Of a stretch of 64,000 nt of DNA, positions 60,857-64,000 are shown in pieces (the first letter of the stretch is position 1; each line of letters starts with the position of its first letter). The position numbers and the translations under genes are program-made. Origin of the DNA: Candidatus Lokiarchaeum ossiferum (lineage in GTDB: Archaea; Asgardarchaeota; Lokiarchaeia; Sigyniarchaeales; Promethearchaeaceae); contig CP104013.1 in NCBI GenBank assembly GCA_025839675.1, positions 3,233,121 through 3,297,120 on the forward strand, in the 5' to 3' direction. The notes beneath the pieces are model-generated. The model saw only the letters and a program-made list of their open reading frames with translations. It did not search any database and was not told the origin of the DNA.

Positions 60857-62164
60857 ATGTGTGATACAATCGTAGCAACTCCAAAAGCCACAAAAGAAGG
60901 TGTAATGTTATTCGGAAAGAATTCTGATAGAGAAGCCGATGAAGCACAGAATATAGATATACGGGAACGTCAGAAATATGAATTAAATTCAACAGTAAAA
61001 TGCACTTACATTGAGATCCCACAAGTAAAGGAAACTAATCGCATCTTATTATCTAAACCATACTGGATGTTTGGTGCAGAAATTGGCATGAATGAACATG
61101 GCGTCACTATTGGAAATGAAGCGTTAATGACTCGAGTGAAGCCCGCCAAAACAGGATTAACTGGAATGGATCTACTGCGATTAGCATTGGAACGGAGCAG
61201 TAACGCGATTGAAGCTCGAGATGTAATAATAAATTTATTGGAAACTTATGGTCAAGGAGGCAATTGTGGATATCGGGATAAACTCTATTATATGAACGGA
61301 TTTATTATCGCCGATTATCAACAAGCAATTGTTTTAGAAACCGTTGAAAAAAATTGGGCTTGGAAAGAAATTAAAGGAGTGTGGAGCATTTCCAATAAAA
61401 TCTCTTTGGAACATGATTATGACGCCAGATCTGAAGGATTAATTACGCACGCCATTAATAACGGATGGTGTAAATCAGAGGATGACTTTAACTTTACAAA
61501 AAACTATTCCAACAAACTCATAACTTGGGGAGCTGCGGGAAAAAAGCGAGAACAGACAAATCGGTGTCATTTACAAGAAAAGAAGGGCCGTCTAACAATT
61601 CAGGATTTGATGCAAATGTTACGTTTCCATACCAATGACTCTAATTGGAGACCTTATCAAGGATTGCGTATGACCGTCTGTGCTCATGCAGCGAATAATC
61701 TTACCAAACACACTCAAACAACAAATAGTTTGGTTTCACAGATGAGCAGTACAAATTTCAGCGGTTTCACCACAGGATCTGCAAATCCTTGCATGAGTCC
61801 ATTCTTTCCCATTTTTGCACCAGGTACAACACTTCCTTCGGGATACAAACCAAGTGGAGAATTTTATAATCAAGAACATTTCTGGTGGTTTGCTGAAAAA
61901 ATTCATCGACAAGTAGTCCTTAATTATCTCCCAATGATGAATCTTTTATACAACCCGATGGCAAAATATGAAAGGGAAATGATTTCTGAGATCGAATCTG
62001 AGAATTTTATTTTAGATCAAAAGGAAATTAATAACTATTTTGAAAAAGCAAGAATATTAATTAAGAACTGGGGGGAAAACATCCCCACTAACCCTGTATT
62101 GAAAACTCCTATATTATTTCGTAGATTTTGGAGAAAATATAATAAATTAAATAAAATAGATTAA
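60857..62164 (+). CDS. Secernin/peptidase C69-family Ntn-hydrolase
   Basis: MCDTIVATPKATKEGVMLFGKNSDREADEAQ. Cys2 is the nucleophile, and the FGKNSDR..DE.Q block matches the C69/secernin family. Confidence 0.6.
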   Translation: MCDTIVATPKATKEGVMLFGKNSDREADEAQNIDIRERQKYELNSTVKCTYIEIPQVKETNRILLSKPYWMFGAEIGMNEHGVTIGNEALMTRVKPAKTGLTGMDLLRLALERSSNAIEARDVIINLLETYGQGGNCGYRDKLYYMNGFIIADYQQAIVLETVEKNWAWKEIKGVWSISNKISLEHDYDARSEGLITHAINNGWCKSEDDFNFTKNYSNKLITWGAAGKKREQTNRCHLQEKKGRLTIQDLMQMLRFHTNDSNWRPYQGLRMTVCAHAANNLTKHTQTTNSLVSQMSSTNFSGFTTGSANPCMSPFFPIFAPGTTLPSGYKPSGEFYNQEHFWWFAEKIHRQVVLNYLPMMNLLYNPMAKYEREMISEIESENFILDQKEINNYFEKARILIKNWGENIPTNPVLKTPILFRRFWRKYNKLNKID

Positions 62165-62234
62165 TTTTTTTACAGTGTAATGGACTTTGAATGTGAAAGT
62201 TCAGAAAAAGATAAAAAATAACACGAAAAACATC

Positions 62235-63581
62235 CTATTCATTCATTTTTTCCAAAGCTTTATTCCGTTCTTTTGAGAAACTTCGGATTTTGCCTTTATC
62301 TTCCGCGATTTCAGCCAATTCGACACTTCTATCGTATAATTTATAAGCTTCTTCATAATTTTTGGCTTTATAAAGTTCATCCCCTTCAGCATTAATATTT
62401 TTTGCAAGATTGAGACAGGCTTTATGGTATTCTGCTGTGAAATTTTTAATTTTTCCAGCATTTCCAGAACGGGTGACGATATTGACAGATCTCTTGTATT
62501 TATCCATAGCTTTTTCAAATTCTTTGGCTTTCATAAATTGGTCTCCAAGTTTATTTTCTTCTACGGCATATTTTTCAAGGCATTTCTCGTATTCCTTTTG
62601 GAAATTTTTAATCAGTCCTTTATTTTTTGATTCTTTTGCCACTTCCACGCTATTCTCATAAATTTTCGCAGCTTCTTCATAATTTTTGGCTTTATAAAGT
62701 TCATCCCCTTTATCATTTATCATCTGAGCAAATTTTTCAAACGCTTTATTCATTTCTTTAGTATAATTATCAATTAACTTTTGATTCCCCGCTTCGGTGG
62801 CAATATTGACACTTTGAGCGTATAATTCGGAAGCTTTCATATACTCTTTTTCCTTCATCAATTTATCACCCAATGCGTTAATTTCCTCGGCGTGTTCCGT
62901 GAAAGCTTTTGAAAGCTCCTTTTTAAAAGATTTCTTCTTCTTTTCATTATCCGATTTTTCAATTAACCGGACTGCTTCAGAATAAAGCTGAATAGCATCC
63001 TCGAAATTTTTCTCCTTATAGAGGGCATCCCCTTTATCGTTGACCTCTTGAGCCCATCGTTCATAAACCGTCATTTGATCATGAACCATAGATTTATTCA
63101 TTTTTTCATCCACTTCGGGAGTAACGATTGATAATACATTTCGATAAATTTTGTTTGCCTCTTCCCAATTATGATTTTTCACATGATCTTCGGCTGTTTC
63201 TTGGACCTGTTTAGCAAAAGCTACTTTTGATTTATTTAACTCTTTTAAAAACTCTTTTCCACGCTTTTTGATCCATTTATCACCCGCTTTTTGCAGAAAA
63301 TCATAAGCATGCTGATATTTGGCGATGGCTTCTTCATAAAGCTTTTGTTTATACAAATCATCGGCTTCATTATTCAAGATTTCACTTTGTTTTCCCACTG
63401 CAGCATCTAATTCTTCTTGATATTTACTGGCTTTCTTTTCTTCCCCTGCCATTTGCATGAGTTTGACTGATTCAACATATAATTTTATTGCTTCAGTATA
63501 TTGCTTGTTTTTATAGAATTTATCGCCTTGCTTATTGACAGCTTTTGCTTCTTTAATCATTTCATTTCCCATTGTTCTCAC
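62235..63581 (-). CDS. TPR-like helical-repeat protein
   Basis: Units of about 40 aa repeated many times (G(D/E).(L/F)YK.KNYEEA(I/A)KLY..SV). Confidence 0.5.
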   Translation of the reverse strand: MRTMGNEMIKEAKAVNKQGDKFYKNKQYTEAIKLYVESVKLMQMAGEEKKASKYQEELDAAVGKQSEILNNEADDLYKQKLYEEAIAKYQHAYDFLQKAGDKWIKKRGKEFLKELNKSKVAFAKQVQETAEDHVKNHNWEEANKIYRNVLSIVTPEVDEKMNKSMVHDQMTVYERWAQEVNDKGDALYKEKNFEDAIQLYSEAVRLIEKSDNEKKKKSFKKELSKAFTEHAEEINALGDKLMKEKEYMKASELYAQSVNIATEAGNQKLIDNYTKEMNKAFEKFAQMINDKGDELYKAKNYEEAAKIYENSVEVAKESKNKGLIKNFQKEYEKCLEKYAVEENKLGDQFMKAKEFEKAMDKYKRSVNIVTRSGNAGKIKNFTAEYHKACLNLAKNINAEGDELYKAKNYEEAYKLYDRSVELAEIAEDKGKIRSFSKERNKALEKMNE

Positions 63582-64000
63582 CTATTTTATTCTTGTTACT
63601 TGTTAAACGTATGAATTTTTATTTTTTCCCTTTACTAAAAATTTTTGAAACTGGGGAATATATTAATATTAAATCATGGAACAAAATTCGAATACTCAAC
63701 CAGATGGAACAAATGAAGATTACACAACAACAGATCCTCAAAAAGAAGAAAAAAAAAAAATTAAGAAATCCTACGTTGAAAGAGCTCTTTATAATTTTGT
63801 AGAAAATCAATTACTGGGGGGGTATAAAGTCTTATCAACCAAAAAATATCTCCCTTATTTCATTTATGTTATTGCATTAACTTGTTCTTCAATTGGTTTT
63901 GTAGTTTTAGAATTTTTTAAAGTTCCAATACCAACCGAAATTTTACAATTATTGCTTATTTTGGGACTTTTTAGCGGACTATCCCTTATTTTAGGCGGGA

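Noticed and set aside
1-64000. CRISPR array
   Set aside because: No series of regularly spaced identical short repeats seen. The repeats present are long and dispersed (39 bp x2, about 110 bp x2, and promoter modules of about 170 bp).

Overview
This is an AT-rich archaeal chromosomal window, about one-third GC by eye. The archaeal call rests on a family-B DNA polymerase with a DxxS(M/L)YPS motif A, a beta-CASP RNase, SelB, MTA phosphorylase, and an intron-containing tRNA with genomically encoded CCA. Roadblock/LC7, a small Ras-like GTPase, a secernin-like Ntn hydrolase, TPR and double zinc-ribbon proteins hint at an Asgard-like lineage; that is inference only.

- **Bases 1-19,900:** housekeeping genes (PolB N-terminus, RecA-fold paralog, SelB, Nudix, beta-CASP RNase, MTAP, APRT, beta-carbonic anhydrase) plus a binding-protein-dependent ABC importer with a fused double permease and two ATPases.
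- **Bases 20,200-24,230:** an overlapping two-gene minus-strand module. A 280-aa protein with a PD-(D/E)xK-like motif is followed by a 1071-aa DExH SF2 helicase. This is a Hachiman-like (HamA/HamB) candidate defence system. It sits next to a decayed duplicate of the neighbouring gene's 3' end, which may be an island scar.
- **Bases 24,600-48,000:** an accessory region with three repeated signatures.
  - A perfect 39-bp direct repeat flanks a 4.5-kb segment.
  - At least four copies occur of a cassette made of a minus-strand GC-rich PIN-like gene (or its decayed 5' stub), a conserved divergent promoter/leader module carrying a TCAC-N4-GTGA dyad next to a TATA-like box, and a giant secreted LamG/jelly-roll protein with Ca-binding DxDxDG repeats.
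  - Several cassettes also carry a C-terminal or adjacent caspase-like His/Cys peptidase domain and a small CxxC protein on the opposite strand.
- **Bases 48,000-53,200:** a missed CopG/RHH gene, a tRNA-Ile(GAU) with a probable non-canonical intron, an Hjc-like PD-(D/E)xK protein, a small GIY-YIG protein, and a CARF/wHTH-like regulator.
- **Bases 53,465-57,712:** a fifth giant surface-protein gene on the minus strand with the same promoter motif, bracketed by direct repeats of about 110 bp.
- **Bases 58,000-64,000:** a membrane protein, small GTPase, TraB-like protein, secernin/C69-like hydrolase and a TPR protein.

No CRISPR array, rRNA, integrase or reverse transcriptase was seen.
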